Shown here: piece after piece, positions 15,555-31,863 of the stretch
How the letters are laid out: the number at the start of each line of letters is the position of its first letter
How positions within the stretch are numbered: the stretch's first letter is position 1
Source: Schmidtea polychroa
Taxonomy: Eukaryota
DNA: 64,000 nt
Assembly: GCA_044892525.1 (NCBI GenBank)
Contig: CM097885.1
Location: 45,758,001 to 45,822,000, forward strand
Direction: 5' to 3'
Position numbers and translations under genes: made by a program
Notes under the pieces: model-generated
What the model was told of the DNA's origin: nothing
Seen by the model: the letters and a program-made list of their open reading frames with translations, nothing else
Database searches by the model: none

Positions 15555-15595
15555 CGCAATATAATTCGACCGTTTAGCAGTCCTCTTCAGGTTAG
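15555..15595 (-). ncRNA. Degenerate hammerhead in a Penelope-type pLTR remnant (family C; related copy at about 100-180, +)
   Basis: Minus strand CTGAAGA-g-gactg(ctaaa)cggtc-GAAT. Downstream similarity to 100-180; both copies abut ATT/AAT repeats. Confidence 0.45.
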
Positions 15596-16166
15596 AAATC
15601 TTAGAAATCTAGAAATATTTTCCAAACCTCTGCAGATTGGACACTTTGAAATAAATATATTGCAGAGTTTGATTTGTTGATTTTTTATGTAATTCTTATA
15701 TAAATTCTATATAGTTTTCAAGCGTGTAATTTAGTTTAAAACACATTTCTGTCTTGGTCATACTAATAAATGAAATGTTTGATGTCAGCAAGTGTAACTT
15801 TAGGTAATATTGTATTCAATATTTGCAAATAGGATCACAAACAAGTGAATCTAAATTACAGTTAACCAAATAAATAATTAATTTTATTGATAATTAATCA
15901 TGAAATAGGAAGAGAAAATACAAGATAAAAAATAATGTGATCTTAGTGTAAGGAAATTGTGGTGTTATTTTCTTCGTACTCAAATAGGTTATCGCTTTTA
16001 GAAATAAAAACCTTTAAATTAGAGTTTGATGTGCAGAAGTAACAACTTTAAACAGCGCTGGAATTATTTTCTCCATTTTGTGTTGAAGTTTATATTATTT
16101 CATAAATCATAAGGATGAAAATAATTAATTTTCAATTAAACAATTAATTAAAAAACATTCTATTAA

Positions 16167-16384
16167 CCCTTTAGATGCCACGAGATTTTAGTACGGTCGT
16201 GCGCTACAGGCCGAGAATTTTCTGGCAAAAATAAAATTGATTTTATATTACATTATGTAAAATACTTGACCTTAGCTAGTAAGAAAATTGCAGAGCATAG
16301 CGAGTTTAGACGCTCATTTTGTATGAGCGGCGTGGCGTGCACTGAAATACAGAGCGTGTTAACACGCTTATGGCATCTAAAGTG
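16167..16384. mobile_element. piggyBac-like MITE
   Basis: TTAA on both sides; TIRs ccctttagatgcca / tggcatctaaagtg. Confidence 0.8.
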
Positions 16385-19300
16385 TTAACAACTTCTAAAA
16401 TTGACTTTTACAACAATTATGTGACAGTGAAACTTTTGTTCAGATTATTTGCACTAACTATTTAAGAGCAGAATTTTCTTTTCAAAATATTAAAAATAAA
16501 ATAAATCCAGTTATTTTAATAATTGTGAAACAATTGAGTGATAATTTAAGCCGTTTACTGCAAATAATGTATTTAATGAAAAAAACATTTCGACTAAGAT
16601 AGTCTATAAGATATTTGATTTTTCATTGAATACAATATTCGCAACAAAAGGTTAAATTATTACTTAATTCTTTTTAATAATAAATGCTGCTGCCAAGAAA
16701 TCGTCACTTTATACTTTAGTAATTGTGATTATTTAAAATTAATTGAGAATATTGAATTTGTCAATTAAAAAGTAAAACAAATACCGAATTAATGAAATTG
16801 ATGATTTATTGATATATTAATTTCTTATTTACTTGTGACCAGCAAAAAATTCTAGGCCTTGAATTTTTTTGTCCATACAATTAGGGTTTTACATCATCAA
16901 TTTGGAAAATATAATTCAAACAAATAAAAGAAGTAATCTATTGTAACAATATATAAATACATATATATAAATTTAAATAATAATATAATTTGTTAAAATT
17001 AATATAACTTTTAATCTTGTTAAATATTTTAATGTCACCTTTATATTAAATTTATATTAAATAAAATACAATGAAAGAATATTAAAATAAAAGTGAAAAT
17101 AGAAATGTTGTAATAAAACTAATACGTTCCATATAATTATGCGCGAAAATGAAATATCCCCGAGCAATTGGCTTCATTACCCGCATTATTAATATGAACA
17201 TAACGAACAATATTAATTATTGATATGTAACTCTCAGTTTCGTTGATTCAGCGAAAACACTCTGATTTTGCCAAGATAAATAAAAAAATTATTATTATTT
17301 TATTATAGATATCTCCAACAACTGATATTACTGATCATTATTAATAAATATTTTTAATATTCATAAATTTGGCATACTTGATAACACATATACATTAGGA
17401 ATGTTAGTTGCAATAAATCTTTTTTCAAGAAAAAAGAATTGAAACTCAGTGACAGTTAAAATTAAAACTATGATATTTTCATATTTTCTTTATTAATGTA
17501 AAATATATATTTCTATGTTTTTAATTTTTATAAAAGCTAATAGTTTTAATAAATTTAAAATGACAAATAATACTTTTAAAAATAATTTTAAAATATATAC
17601 TTATTTAAAACTTGAATTGGATGAACAAATAAAAATTAATTTAATAGCTTGATCGACATTTATGTATAGGGAAACAATTGTCTTTGTTTTTAAAGCCTCA
17701 TTTTTAAGTTAACTGACAAAAATACATAATCTGTATTATTATTATCACTAGCAAAAACATTATTTATAAAACAAATTTTATCTCTTATACTAATAAATTA
17801 TAAAGAAAAACAACAAAATCCTTTGAATAAACAAATGACTCAAATTGTTAATTTACAATCTAAAAATAAAATAAAACATATAAAATAAAAACAGAAAAAA
17901 AGTTAATAAATTACATTTTATTTTAATCTTTTAAAGATTTTATTTTACTATATAGCTTAAAAATTATATTTTACCATTTATCTCAAAACATACGTTCCAA
18001 GTAGTTCAACTGACTTTAAATTTATCATATTGTAATAATTCAAAACTTACTAAACATGAACTGAAGAAAAGCCTTAGATGTTAAATTTTTCCTCGTCAAA
18101 TAAATTCAAAACCCTCTTTTTTGTAATATAAGTAATATGCTGTGAGCCCGTATTAACAAAGAGGAAATGCCGCTCATACTTCTAAAATATACTTACTCAA
18201 GTATGTAATACCCCACCCGATACATATTTTTCATTTTTGATTTCACAGAAATCTTCTCGGCTGACATCACATAGCTTGTTGAAATTTATTTCATTAAAGC
18301 TTACCATTTAAATGACCATATTTATTAACTTTCATTGGTTAATATTTATTTACTATTTATTTTATGAAATTAATTAAAAATAAATATTCTTCATCACTCT
18401 TTTATAAAATCCATTTAATGTTTTTATTACTCACTTTTTATTATTATATGAAAGATTTTAATATTGTATGATAAAAATAAAATTTTTTATTCAACAATTA
18501 TCAAACACTGAGAAAGAATATGGAGACAAATTAACAATATCCAATAAATTAAAATGTTAAAATCGGCTTACATATGAAAGCATTTTTTATCTTGTCTGTC
18601 ATCGTGTTATTCTTTGCATGAGTCTCATTTAGGACAGGTTATCTAATCATCTTTTGTTTTACTGCAACTGGGTAAAGTAAAGAAATTAAATAACGCCAAC
18701 ATATATTTTTCTTAATTTGTTTTAAATGGTAGAGAAATGTTCATAGACGTTGAATATATTTTTCAATTTTAATATTATTTAATAACATAAGATAAATTGA
18801 AATAAATTTAACATAAAACCTCCAGTTAATTACATGAATCAATGCACCTTAGGAAATATTTGAATTACTTTATTAATTGTTTTTTCAGCGAATATGAGCA
18901 AGGTAGATTTTAAGGAAAATATTTAATTAAATAATTAAACATTGAAATTTTATTTTATTATGTCAAATATTAGATTTATTAATGTAATATTTATTAATTA
19001 TAATAATTAAATGATAAAACATGTAATGTAAGTGAATATGTTTAGTTATTTAGAAATCAACTTTGAGAAAAGAGAGCAAGGGTGTGTTTAAGTGTTTGTA
19101 CCTAGAAAAATAAAATTTTAAATGTTAAATATAATAAATAAGTAAATATTATTATGAATCATTTTAGGTAACCACAGCTTTTATTTTCAAAACAAAAAAT
19201 TAATTACTTAGATAATTAAAACATGATTTTATAATTAAAAATTCTTTACAAATTTTTAATGTTCGGTAATACAAACTACTCTAATCTTTGAACAGCTATG

Positions 19301-22300
19301 TTTATAAACTCACTTCGTTAGATGACAGATAAATCTCTTGAATATATGTCAACTTATACACGAGATCAAAACCTAGACCTATTAGGGCCCAAGATTTATA
19401 CCTAAGGATATTGAAATATAGGTGTACGAATAGGTGAAATATTGAAAAATAAAAAAAGTTTGATACACCATATTCAATAAAAATTGAGGATCTTTATATA
19501 TGGTAAATGTCGTGAAGTTTAAAACTCTAGCAAATAAATTGTTTCAAGCATGAAAAGAGATATAACAATTAAATATAAAGGATGCAAAAATTAATTTTTA
19601 ATAAGTAATTCTTCAAGTTTAGTTTGCCTTTTGTTTTTCTCTTGCACTTTTAACAATATTAGAAATAGGCCGCACGCAATCAATCATTTCCAATAGAGAT
19701 AAAATTTGATATCTTCTTACCAATACCTTGAGGCTATGTATTATTCCTCCATAAAGTGGCTGTAGCACACTCGTCATATTATAATGATTGTTGTCTTTAT
19801 TTTCAATATTTTATTTGCAATGGTGTTCTATAAATGTAGAAAAAATATTGTTGGGCATAATATAGTATCTTGGAGTGATTGTGAGTGTAATAATGTAATT
19901 GTGTCCATGTGTATTGTATAATATTTTCCAATAAAATACAATAATAACAAAATTAAATGCTACCAAATACACACTTTTGGTAAAAATACTATTAAATAAT
20001 AAACATACAATTGTACCTTGAACTGTGCAATATAGTCAGTAATATTTCTCAAATCCCAATCTTCTTTTAATAAATGAACAAATAGTTCTGTTCTGATTTC
20101 TTTTACTAAATTGGATATTTTTTGAAAACATCTACTTGGGGGTTAGTTTGCAATTTTAGGTTAATGGAATCATTTTATAAGCTTTTCTATTTACCAATAG
20201 CTTATCAATATTTTATAAAAGACTTTTTTTTCATTAAGTAATTTCCAATTATTAATTTGGCATGCACTTCCATTTTATATATTTGGCAAATTTTGCAATT
20301 CTTGATGGGCGTAAAACTCATGAAATGAAATTAGCATTTAATTTTCAATTAATATTTAATGTTTTAAATAGATTATTTGTAAGTATTCAGTCTTTTTGTT
20401 TTAATTAAAATTTCAATGCATTTTAACTTAATAATAAAATATTGGAATGTTATTATTGGAATGTTATTAGGAAAAGGTTTAATTATATAAGATTTTCTAG
20501 TCAAATAATATCAGTGAATATATATTGTTTCTAATAAAAATGTTTTCAAAAATTATATATTTTTGATTTTTCATACAAATTACTGCTTCTGTTTGACATA
20601 TATCTTTTTAGACAATTGTCATTTAAAAATATTTATGATATTATTAGCAAAGTCTATCAAAAAGTGTTTTAATAAATAAAGATTGTTGAACAAGAAACAT
20701 ATTTCTTTGAAATTAAGATCAAATTTCACTCATTATTACTCCTTGAAATTTGTTATAGGTTTTTTATTTTGTCAATTACGAAAATTAACTCAATTTATTG
20801 GTATTAATTTCTTTAATAATATCGTTTATATTTATTTTATTCAGATTATAGATGAACTCAATTTAAAACAAACATAGATAAGTAGTCTGAAAGAAGATAT
20901 AATAAATGAGATTATATGGAAAGAATATAAATTTATTATGTTATTAATATTAAATTTTAACTAGTACATTTATTTAATATATTTCATTTAAAAGAAATAG
21001 CAACATATTATATTGTTATTTTATTTATATATTTCAAAGAATTCTTAAAATAAAAACTAATTAATTATTTAATAATATAATAATAAGATTTTGCTGTTGA
21101 AATAAAAAAGTATTCATGTTTATTTGTTAATATTTTTCTCTATACTCCTTGAAATTATTGAAGCATTTAAATTATTTTTTTATTTATTATATTTGTTTAA
21201 ACAGTACATCTGTCAAATTTTAAAATTGAAAATTGATCAAACCTTGTTCAACAATTGTATTTTGATAAATAATTGTATGATTAGTGCGTATGATTTCGAG
21301 ATCTTTAATTTTATTTGTCTTATTTAACTCTGTTCTGTTATTATTTGCTACTTTTTAATTTTAAATTCATTAGCTTTTGTTGAATTTCTTTCTTATTTCT
21401 TATTTATAGAAATTGCTTTCTGACAAAAATAGCTTTTAATTATTTTTTTAAAATAAAATATTCTTTCCTTGTTCTATTTTAAAGATTAACATTTCTCGAA
21501 ATTAATCCTTAAAGTGAGTAAATATTTTACCATTAAAGAATTAAATAAATATATAACCAACATAATTATTATAAAAAGAGCTTTAGAGTGGTAAGTCTAT
21601 ACAAATCTAATGATTTTACCACTAAATATTATTTTATTTTATTTATAAATATAAATTGTCATATTTAATAATTTAGTCGATTAGTACAAGTCCATTCGAA
21701 AAACTGTGATGTCCATTAAATCATTTTATGTCAACTTGTAAGTTTAATAAACGATAAACGTATTTTCTTCATTCATTATTTAACATTTGTTCCTTATCTA
21801 ATAATAAAACTTTAAACTTTCTAAATATATATAAATTGCATAAATTGAATTTTTTGAGAAAGTAGACCATTTATTTGACAATTGGTTTGGAAACAATATA
21901 AAAATTACGGAAATATATATCATAGCTCAAAAGAAATGGCTTCGAATAGAATTAGTATTTTGAAGTTTACAAAAAATGACAAATGAATTCTAGGAGTGAG
22001 ATCAACATCTATAAAAATGAGTAGTAAGGAAAAATGCAAACTTGATTAAAAATGTCTATAAGGACGATCTGATATATTTGTTATTTAAGTGTATTCAGAT
22101 TAATAATTCAGTTTTTTATAATTTGAAATATTTATTTTATTTTTGTTTGAATGACTTTTACAAACTTTTATGATTTGTACTGAATTTATAATGATTAATC
22201 TTTCATTAATTATTAACCATTTAATTTAATAGTCAATCTTTCATTATGTTAAATTAATTTCTTTTATTTTGTAAAATTCTTTATAAAAATTGTTTAATAT

Positions 22301-23553
22301 AATTGTTTTAAATTCTACTTCTAATAATCAATTGCAAATTCATAAATAAATGCCGGAGAAATTTATGAATTTAATACTTGTGTAAAACGATAAGGTTTAT
22401 ATTAATATTTATACGAATTTTTTATTTCAAAATAAAATTTTAAATATACAAATGAAATTAGAAAATGTTTTTATTTCATTTGAAATTTTATTTTATATGT
22501 ATTGTAAATCGTATCTGACATGAACTAATGTCACTGTCATCATAAATTATATATCAAACATTGTTTAAATTTTCAACATTATTTCAGATTTAATTTTATT
22601 TCAAACATTTCTTGTAGTGAGCGTAGCAAAAAATGAAAATTTAAAATTTCTTAAAAATGAAAATTGTTTTGTAAATTTTAATAAAATATTTAATTTTGAT
22701 TTCAAGTTTTTAATGATCTTTTGATGTGGCCCGCCTATTTTTAGATAAGCATGAACTCAAATTATTACTGATGGATATTTGAATGACATTTTTCCTATAA
22801 CCTATTTAATTTATTATTTTTAAAATATTTGTTACTAATCCAATCAATTTACAACTGTTTTAGCAAACCTTATTGTTAAAATTATAATAAATTTTTTAAA
22901 ATATATTTCTAGAAATAATTTAAATTACTTTATAAATACTCAATGCTTGAATTTTGCTTTAAATGAGGACCTGGAAAATTATTAATAAATTTTAAGAAAA
23001 TAGTTTTAATGGAATTTTTTAATAATATCTGAAATTTCATGATAATCATTTTTTATTTAAAACAAGTCATTCCAATAATTTATAAGATATTTGAAAAATA
23101 TATTAGCAAAGAAAATAATTTTTATTTATTACATTTTTTGTTTATAAATATGAGGGAAATTAAAAAATGAGATTATTGTCGATAATTCTTGGAATTAATT
23201 AATAATTAATTTAACTAAATATATAATAATGAAAATATAAAAAAAATACTATTACGCTTTTTTTTATTTTCATTTTATTTTCTCTCACTAATTCTAATTT
23301 CTTTATAAATACTGATTCCAGTCAGAAGTGATTGAGGAATTCCCTTAAAAGAAAAAACACAAAAGTATCTTGAAATTTAACAATAACAAAAGAAATTTTA
23401 GAAAACAAAAAAATATTTGTAGAAATAATAATCAAATAATCTTTTTTTAATTAAAACAGTAGAAGAAATTTTACACTTAGCAATAAAATTATTATCCAAT
23501 CAAAAGACAGATAATACAAATGAAAATAATCAAAATCATCTGTTGAAATATAT

Positions 23554-23588
<35 letters not shown>

Positions 23589-25105
23589 TTTATTTTTGAT
23601 GGTTAAATATTTTATATATTATTATATTTTGAAAAGTATTCATTAAAATATAATATAGTATCGGCGGTAAACTGTCATAATTAGTTTAGTTTTACACTTA
23701 TCTATAAATCAACAGTTAATTATAAGGTTTCGAGTAAATTTCTCCTTGAAAAGATTTCTTTGATTATGATAATTGTTTGCTTGGCGATTCATTTAATAAG
23801 TCCATCAAACGGCCAGTGAAATGATCAAAATTAAAGTGAATTATCCGTATTTTGAAAAGGAATTATATATAATTATTAAAATCATTAGTACGTTATCATT
23901 AGTCGTAACGCATGAAAGGATTATTTCTGGGGCTAAATTAAAGCCTAAATTATTTATTAGGAATCTTGTCTGATGAGAAAAATATAAAGAAAAACAAAGT
24001 TATGTTAAAATAATTTTAAAATAAATTATGAATCATTTTTTTAAATAAAAGTACAATTGATGAATAAAGGGTTTCCTAGAGGTATGTATATGCCTGCATG
24101 TTATGGAATTTAAATAATTTCAATTGAGGATGAATAAACTTCAAAAGGGATTTTTGAATAATTTATAAAAATTTTATTTTAGAGATTTATATTTGTACAA
24201 TTAAGTCGAATTATTGATAGTCATGCGTAAATTATGATATGTATTAGAAACGCGTTAATGTCTAAATGCGTTGAATTTTGATATTCAAGCTTTTATTTAA
24301 CATTATTGTTTTATATTTTTATATAATAATTCTATCATTCTCATAATTATCTAATTTAACAAAAATATTATTATTCTTCCTCTAAATGAGGTATAATCAA
24401 ACTTGTAGAATATTTTCAGAATAATTTTAGATAATTCAATTTTTTAACAATTAACTTAATTTGTCATGTCAATTTTAAATTATCAGAAAGGCAGTCTTAG
24501 TTAAAGTTTTTCTGTAATATTTTAATGTTTATTCCCAAACAATATTCTAGGTGAAATTGTGGAACTTGTTCTTTGCAAAATATAAATTTTTTACGAAATG
24601 ATTATTATATATTTTTTCATTTCTTTAATTATAAAAGTATTGAAATATGTTTTCTACGTTTCCTTGAATGAATGAAAGAAGAAAGAAAGAAAGTCATTTA
24701 TGAATTGAATTAACAGAATATATTAAAATAAATCTTGTGTAATTTTTAAGTCATTTCAAGTTTTAGTTACATTTTTATTCCACATCAAGAAATGATTTAA
24801 AACATCATAGTTTGAATTATGTAAATTATTTTTTACTTAAAATTGTTATTTTTTATCTTCATCATTGACCTTTTTCCCATTTCCCTTATCTTCATTTCAT
24901 TATGACTAACAAACAATATTTTTTAAATATATTTAACATAAACATTTAAATTAACATAATCAACCCTATTTCAGTCTAAAAGCGCTTTATTTAATAATGT
25001 AAATATAAAACAAATTTGATTTATTGACAAAAAGTAAATGAATATAATAAAAGTAATTAATTATTTTAAAGACTGTGACATGTATAATATTCAAAACTGC
25101 TGTTA

Positions 25106-25233
<128 letters not shown>

Positions 25234-25294
25234 TCTGTCAAAGCATTTCTTCTATTATATATTTCTCAGAAAAATGTATATATTTTCAATTTAG

Positions 25295-25444
25295 AAAATA
25301 ATCAAACAACGCCCCTTCCAGTGTTATTATTTATTCATGGAGAAAGCTTTGAAATTGGATCTGGAAATGCATATGATTTATCGAAACTTTCAAGCTACGG
25401 TCAAATCATTGGAATCACTCTCAATTACAGGCTTGGTTTATTAG
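25295..25444 (+). CDS. Neuroligin-like (non-catalytic carboxylesterase family) gene, internal exon 1 of 4 visible
   Basis: ttag|AAAAT acceptor, G|gtaaag donor. Encodes PLPVLLFIHGESFEIGSGNAYDLSKLSSYGQIIGITLNYRLGLLG, matching the invertebrate neuroligin HGES..GN.YD...LASYG...TLNYRLG motif. Confidence 0.9.
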   Translation, partial: KIIKQRPFQCYYLFMEKALKLDLEMHMIYRNFQATVKSLESLSITGLVY

Positions 25445-27201
25445 GTAAAGATTTCATTTAATTTTGCTTGATTATTCTGTATTCTGTAACAAAATCTTGC
25501 ATCAAAGCGCCATTGTTAGGTTCATTGTCATTAATGAAAGAAAATATAAATAATGCATAAAATTTGATATAAAAATTATATTTCATTGTCTGTTGTGATT
25601 TATAAGTAAAGCTTTTTCATAAATAATTGACATTTTGCTTATGACTTCTATGATCTTATGACTGGAATTTCTTTTTTCTACAGTTCCTTTATATAATTAT
25701 GTTCTTCATCATTGTCACCTAACTAATTTTTATTATTTATATGTAAGTAGTGAACATTTGATCATCAATAATTTAACATTTGATTTTATTTCATATTTTT
25801 TATCATTTATTTTTATTTTATACTTTATGAGATGCCTGGTTAGTATAATAACAAATGTATTTATATTGTATTTAATCTTGTCATTCTTTAGTGTAAATAG
25901 TGAAGTTTTTCTCATTATTTTATAAAATAGTAAACTATTTTTGTTTTAAAATACAAAAATGTCATGATATATAGCTAAGTTGTTTTATGGTTAACGCTTT
26001 TTACAATTTAATTGCAAGATTATTTATCTATGAAATGTTTCACATTACTTTCATTCAAAATAATGATGTTTTTTGAGAATTGTTGCTAGTATTCAATGAA
26101 TTTCTTTGATTTTGGTTAAGTGGAAAGCCATAATCGTGTTATAAATAGTATTAATCTTCCCAAAAAATTGTTTGACAAAATCTAGAATAGTGAAATGTAA
26201 GTCGTTAAAGTATACTTTATATTTTTAGACTCTTTATTACAATTGTTAACTTATTGTATGATATTTCTAATTTTTACACCACTATAATCTTGTCATAATA
26301 ATGTTTGTAACATTTCTATACAAAAACCCTTTAAGACATGGGATTTTTTGAACAGTGCAAGTTTTTAAGATTCTTGAAGCACTCACATATACTTTCCATA
26401 AGTCGAGTTTTCATTAATAATTTTGTTAAAGCGGTATACCTACTTCTAAATTCTTTTTTCATCTTTTCAAATTCTACTCGATTAGATTTCATTTTAAATT
26501 TACAATTGTTTGTTTAATTTCCAAATTTTAAAAGCTTAATCTGTTAACATTTTTCAGATTTCATATTATTAAAATTTGTCTTCTCAAACTTACACTGATC
26601 TGGAGTATATTCTGATCATACGTTCAAATATTACAATGTAATGTCGGTCTGTAGAAAATGTTAAGACAACTTATAACTTAATTTTTGTTTTGTGGATCTT
26701 ACAAATTCCTTGCAAATCACATATGCAATTAAATAATTACGAATACAAAATATAAAATTAATCAAATCTACAAAATACACATAGAGTCATGCACCTAAAT
26801 CAAATCAGCCACGTAAAATAATAAACCATTTAAATAAGGTAGTTTACCTTTTGTTATTGTTAAAATTTCTTTACAAAATCAAAATTACTGAAAATATGTA
26901 TAAAATTTTTTTTAATTTTTAAGATTTTGAAAATTTGCTTTCGAAAATTCGGAAACATTTTCTCTTTTATATTTATCGTTTCAATTTAATATTAGGCAAG
27001 TGCTTCCGGCAAATCAATTTTAATGATTAAATACATGGTTTATTGATTTATTTCAAATGTACACGCACATATTTTATGCAAAGAAAACTGAAAGTCAAAG
27101 GGAAAATATATTAGAAAATATTTCATATTAGATCTAAGAATTTATTTAAATTTAATAATAATATTAAGATTAAAATTTCATTATAAAAACAATTATATTA
27201 A

Positions 27202-27324
<123 letters not shown>

Positions 27325-27795
27325 CATAATAATAATAATATTAAATGATAATTTAGGCCTACAACTACAACTAGCCCTTTTCAATTTCCTGGAATTTAGT
27401 TTCTTCTATTTTCTTCTATTTTTCTCTTTTGTTTCCTTTTTTTACTACTCATTGGTTAAAAATATATTATATATTTATTAAAATATTATAAGAACTTTTT
27501 CAAATTTCACCTCTGATTTCTTTTCATTTGACATTGTATTTATTAAAATATATTATATTATATTATATAAATAATAATGATATTAAAAAAGTAAATTATA
27601 AGGTAAGCCTTTTCTACAAAATATGTAATAAACAAGTAAAACTTTGATTATAAGACAATCATTTTCCATCTTTCTTGACTTAAATATTGAAAGACATTAT
27701 AAGGAGTATCTTATAATAGAAAGGTTATAATTTAATATGTATTCTGCAACAAAATATTATTTATCATGTATTAGTTTAACATAATAGTAATAATA

Positions 27796-27887
<92 letters not shown>

Positions 27888-29568
27888 GAAAAGGATAAAA
27901 ATAATAAATGATATCTTGTTTACATTCATTAGATATTTGACTTTTGTGAGTTCTTTAATTTAGAAAGTCAGACTAATTAAAAAAAAATTCTCTTGTAACT
28001 GATAATTTTAATTTGTTCAAATAATTATATTCGATGATAATATTATGTTCTTCACATCATCAAATATATGTTGTCAAGTTTTTTTTTAAAAATGAGCAAA
28101 TTATAATATTTTGTTTAGACTGCATGTTAGTAATCAAATTAAAATTTAATTCATCCGTAATTTAAATATTAGTGTAATTATAATTAAAATGCATTTAAAT
28201 TTAATTTTCTTTTAAAATTTTGTTTTACCGAATACATGAATTCAAAATTTTGTTGACTGAGCATCAAGAAATTATTTTAGATATTACTTAAGTATTAAAG
28301 TACTGCAGTATAGAAGAATTTATTATTTTAATATTTTCCTATTTAGTTAACATTTCTCAATGAATAAGCCAACTTGGGTTCATTATTTACTACAAGACGA
28401 CAGAAAAGAGCGTTTATTCATTACTGATCTTAATAAGCTTTCATAAATATGTCATATCAATTGTGATTTCACTTTTTTTAGGGAGGCATAGATTTTCTAT
28501 AATTTTCTATAATAATGTTTTGGTTATTTTGGTATTATTTTAGAATAAATGAAAATAAAGTTTGTGCACTAATTTCAATAGTTTTTCAATAGTTTTACAA
28601 CTGAACATTACAAAAAAACGAATTTGAAACTAATTTAGAAATACCTATTTAAACAACTTTTAAAAGAACACCAGGAAATTGTATTTAAATAAATTAGGTT
28701 TGAAGAAGGTTTGAAAAGTGTACTTTCCAAATGTATTGTTCCAAAAGGTCTTTTCCATTAATTGTGTTTCCTCAAGACACGAAAAATAATAATAAACCTG
28801 TGTTTTTCAAGCAACAAATATTTTAAATAAATTAAAATTTGTTTATTTTATAAAAATTATAATATGTTTTGTTTATGGTATCTGATTTATTATTCAACTG
28901 TAGTTGGTAGTCAGAGACAATATTGATGAAAAAACCTGTTTAAAGTGAAAATTCAATCGACATATTATAAGAAAATCTGAAAAACAATATTGTTTTAAGG
29001 TGATGCTAATTAATAGTCTACCAAGACCGATAAATAAAACGAAGACTAATGCATTTACTAATAATTAATAATTAATGTTTTTACACTTCGTTTTGCATTT
29101 GTTTTATTTGCAAGGACTAATAATAAAAAAGAATAAGATATTTGAATAAGATGTGTAATACATTGAAAGATTTAACTTTACTGAAAGAGGTAATTTCTAA
29201 GTATATAAATATTAAGGTTTCAAAAATTTACAAAAAATATAATAATAATAATAATAATTAATATTTTCTTTCATTTCCAACAATTTCAACCAGGGAAGAA
29301 AGAAAAAACATATTTCAATTGAGAACTTAATCAATGGCAACATCTAAAAGAAAAATGTCAGATGTAATGAGGCAATTATCATCATAAATAAACGACCAAC
29401 AATCAACATTAAGGAAGAGAGCAATGAAATCACAAGTCTGATTAGTTATTGATTTTGAGAATATTCTCTTTTTAAAAAATTAAAAATAATATAAATAACT
29501 AGATCACATTTTTAAATATTTTTTCTTTTATTTTGAATTCTAGAGTAAATTTATATTTAATTTTAAAA

Positions 29569-29644
<76 letters not shown>

Positions 29645-29973
29645 TCAACATTAAGTGTTTCGTTTGTTTATGATTTCAAAATTTAAATCAGAATTACAAT
29701 TATAAATGGGTTGGAAATAAAATGATTTTAATTAAAAAGACGTAATTAACATAATTTATTCGACGACATAAAATCGTCAAAACACATTGAAATGAAATTA
29801 TTATCATAAAAATTCGAATTAAATTTCAATCTACTACTCAATTTAGTTCCGAAATTGAAACTCATTTGGAATATTTGAAACTGATATAATAGCTGATGCA
29901 CATAATGTTTTTCAATATAATATTTTTCTAATTAATTGACCATACAGAATATTGTCATTCCAAAATATTTATA

Positions 29974-30599
29974 CACCAATCCCTCGAATTATGTGGTACC
30001 CATTTTACGCGGTTTCACTTTAACGCGATCATAAAAAATAATATTTTTTCAATGAAATCTACATATATGGTGTCAAGTGTCTCTCAAATGCATATATTGG
30101 ATAAGATTACTCACATTTCAACGACCATGCGTCTATAAGCCACGCATGCAGTACGTCAAATATTGTGTTGTGGAGTGCAAGTGTTTCGCTCAAGATTTTG
30201 CTTGTTTATACACCCAATTCCAAATATTTTCATGCATTTTTCATTTTTCATTTTTCTCTCACCTTCACAATTCCTATAATAAAGTTATTAAATTTCGGAA
30301 AAAATATCTCTACACACAGATAAGTTTGTGTGTTCTTATAATATAAATTTATTGATTTTCTTTAGATTATAGAAGTTACTAAATTTCGGAATTAGGTGTA
30401 ATATAATTTAAATAAATATTAAAAAATATGTACATTTGAAAACTATTTTTATGCCTCGTTTTACGCAAGTTTCTGGAACCTCGATTTACGCAGATTTTTA
30501 TTTCCTGAAGCATATCTATCATTTTTGTATGAATATGAAGTCTCGATTTCTGCGTTAGTTTCATGGAACGTATCTACCGCGTAAATCGAGGGATTGGCG
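29974..30599. mobile_element. Tc1/mariner-pogo (Tigger-like) MITE
   Basis: TA flanks; TIRs caccaatccctcga.tta.g.ggta / taccgcgtaaatcgagggattggcg. Confidence 0.8.
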
Positions 30600-31478
30600 T
30601 ATATTAAAAAATAATATGTCGTATAACAAATACGTATTTTAAAGTTTCATTTTAATAATGTTAAAATTAATAAAATATTTAATGAAAATAAATTTTAGAA
30701 TTCCGGTTTCAAATAATTTGAATTTAATATAATCTAACTATGGATAAAAATAACCAACAAAATAAATACGGGAAATGAATTCATTAGCAGATGTATATGT
30801 GCAATTTATTCATTTATATGGTTAATTTAAACAAATAAAAACGCTTTCCTGCAAAAGGTTTTGTTTACGCTTTGAAAACTAATTTATCAAATTATTCATC
30901 TAAATATCAGCTGCTAGTTTTGAGTAAAATGGACTAATGGAAATTATAATAAAATATATTATAATTAAAACAAAGTTTTAATATTTTAATTTGTAAAAGT
31001 TATACTTTTAAAATTTTTCACTTTAGTTCATACGTAAAGTTTAAAGCGATTTTCTAATTTAAAAGTTTGCATTATTTATAAATTATAAAAACAAATAAAG
31101 ACATTTCAAACATTTATTACATTGTCGTTATAAATTCAAATCTCCGGAAGAAGACGCTGTGGTGAGATATTTATTTCCATTTATATCTACTTAATATAAA
31201 GTCAATTAATATTTAGAATTAAAATTTGAGAGTAAACTCATATTGCGCTTTGAAATAATGAGAATATCTTATTTGACAACTGTAGGTTTGAAATGATTGA
31301 TAATGAGTTAAAATAACCTATTAAAACAAATTGACAAGTACAGATTTAAAATTGTTTTCATAATTATTACTTACATTAGTTATTTAACATTATATATAAA
31401 CAAATGAGAATTCATTTCCATGATACCAAAACAAAATGCTCGGAATATTTCAGAAACTTATACATTATATTTTTGCCT

Positions 31479-31613
<135 letters not shown>

Positions 31614-31677
31614 TTAATTATAATTATAATTATAATAATAATACTATTAATAGTTTTATTAACAATTTTAAATTTAG

Positions 31678-31863
31678 GATTTTTGAAATCAGATGATAAT
31701 CAGGCACAAGGAAATTATGCTTTTTTTGATATTTTTGCTGCTCTTCAATGGATTTCTACTAATATTCACAAATTTAACGGAGACTCCAGCAAAGTAACTC
31801 TCATGGGTCATGGCCACGGTGCAGCTCTTGTTCACTTGTTTTCTTTATCGAAAATGTTAAAAG
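31678..31863 (+). CDS. Neuroligin-like gene, internal exon 2
   Basis: Phase-1 join rebuilds G-FLKSDDNQAQGNYAFFDIFAALQWISTNIHKFNGDSSKVTLMGHGHGAALV. The nucleophile-elbow Ser is replaced by Gly (GHGHG), as in neuroligins. Confidence 0.9.
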
